Positions 63,613-64,000 of a stretch of 64,000 bases of DNA are shown here, one piece after another; the stretch's first letter is position 1; every line of letters begins with the position of its first letter. Made by a program: the position numbers and the translations under genes. This stretch comes from Chlorokybus atmophyticus (taxonomy: Eukaryota > Plantae > Mesostigma and Chlorokybus algae): the NCBI GenBank assembly GCA_009103225.1, contig RHPI01002533.1, forward strand, positions 771,368 through 835,367, read 5' to 3'. Below the pieces are notes generated by a model. The model ran no database searches. It was not told where the DNA came from and was given only the letters and a program-made list of their open reading frames with translations.

Positions 63613-64000
63613 GATGTGTGCACCAGGCCAGGGGCGGAGAGAATCCTCTGGATTGCTGTCTCATCAACAACAAGATTGTCACAAGCGTAAACGCTGGATT
63701 GTATGATGATAACTGTTGAGGGCGGATTGCAGAGACGAAGTTAGGGTACGTCAGTCCACCCCACCCCAGCCCAAGCCAAGTTGCTTTTTGGGCCATGGGT
63801 GTTCCAGCGAGCTTGAGGGAGTTAGGGTAGAGTCTTAAGAGCAGGTGTGCAATTGTACCATGTGGTTGATAGAAAGGAGTTGCTACCTCCAGGATCTCAT
63901 TGCTCGTGAGTACGCGCGTCCATGTTGCCAGAGCCTAGTATAGTTTGGCGGCATTTCTGTCCGCTTGCTATACTGGATGGCGTCTGTCGCGCACACACGC

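Overview
Eukaryotic, intron-rich DNA, most likely a green alga (inferred from a transit-peptide DUF3067 gene and chromodomain-bearing Ty3/Gypsy elements). The first ~21.5 kb holds three head-to-head gene pairs: an unknown gene with pICln, BLOC1S2 with a DUF3067 chloroplast protein, and a frameshifted bacterial-type CapA/PGA_cap homolog with the ASCC3/DExH14 helicase. From ~22 kb onward the window is a nest of decayed transposons. The main find is a putative ~13-kb (net) Plavaka-type DNA transposon. It carries a multi-domain cargo gene reading OTU deubiquitinase / RING / IBR-like Cys clusters / Tudor / phage-type cytosine-5 DNA methyltransferase. The methyltransferase is split by a full-length chromovirus LTR retrotransposon (46226-53034, TSD CGGTC), and removing that element restores motifs I-X in one frame. 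Other features: a 1.9-kb inverted duplication of Gypsy pol (potential hairpin silencer), a degenerate adenine-methyltransferase-like domain between gag and protease in two Gypsy elements, a 539-bp TRIM with tRNA-like A/B boxes, and a KDZ-type CxC5/CxC6 remnant with a chromodomain. All protein family calls come from motif recognition by eye; no database search was run.
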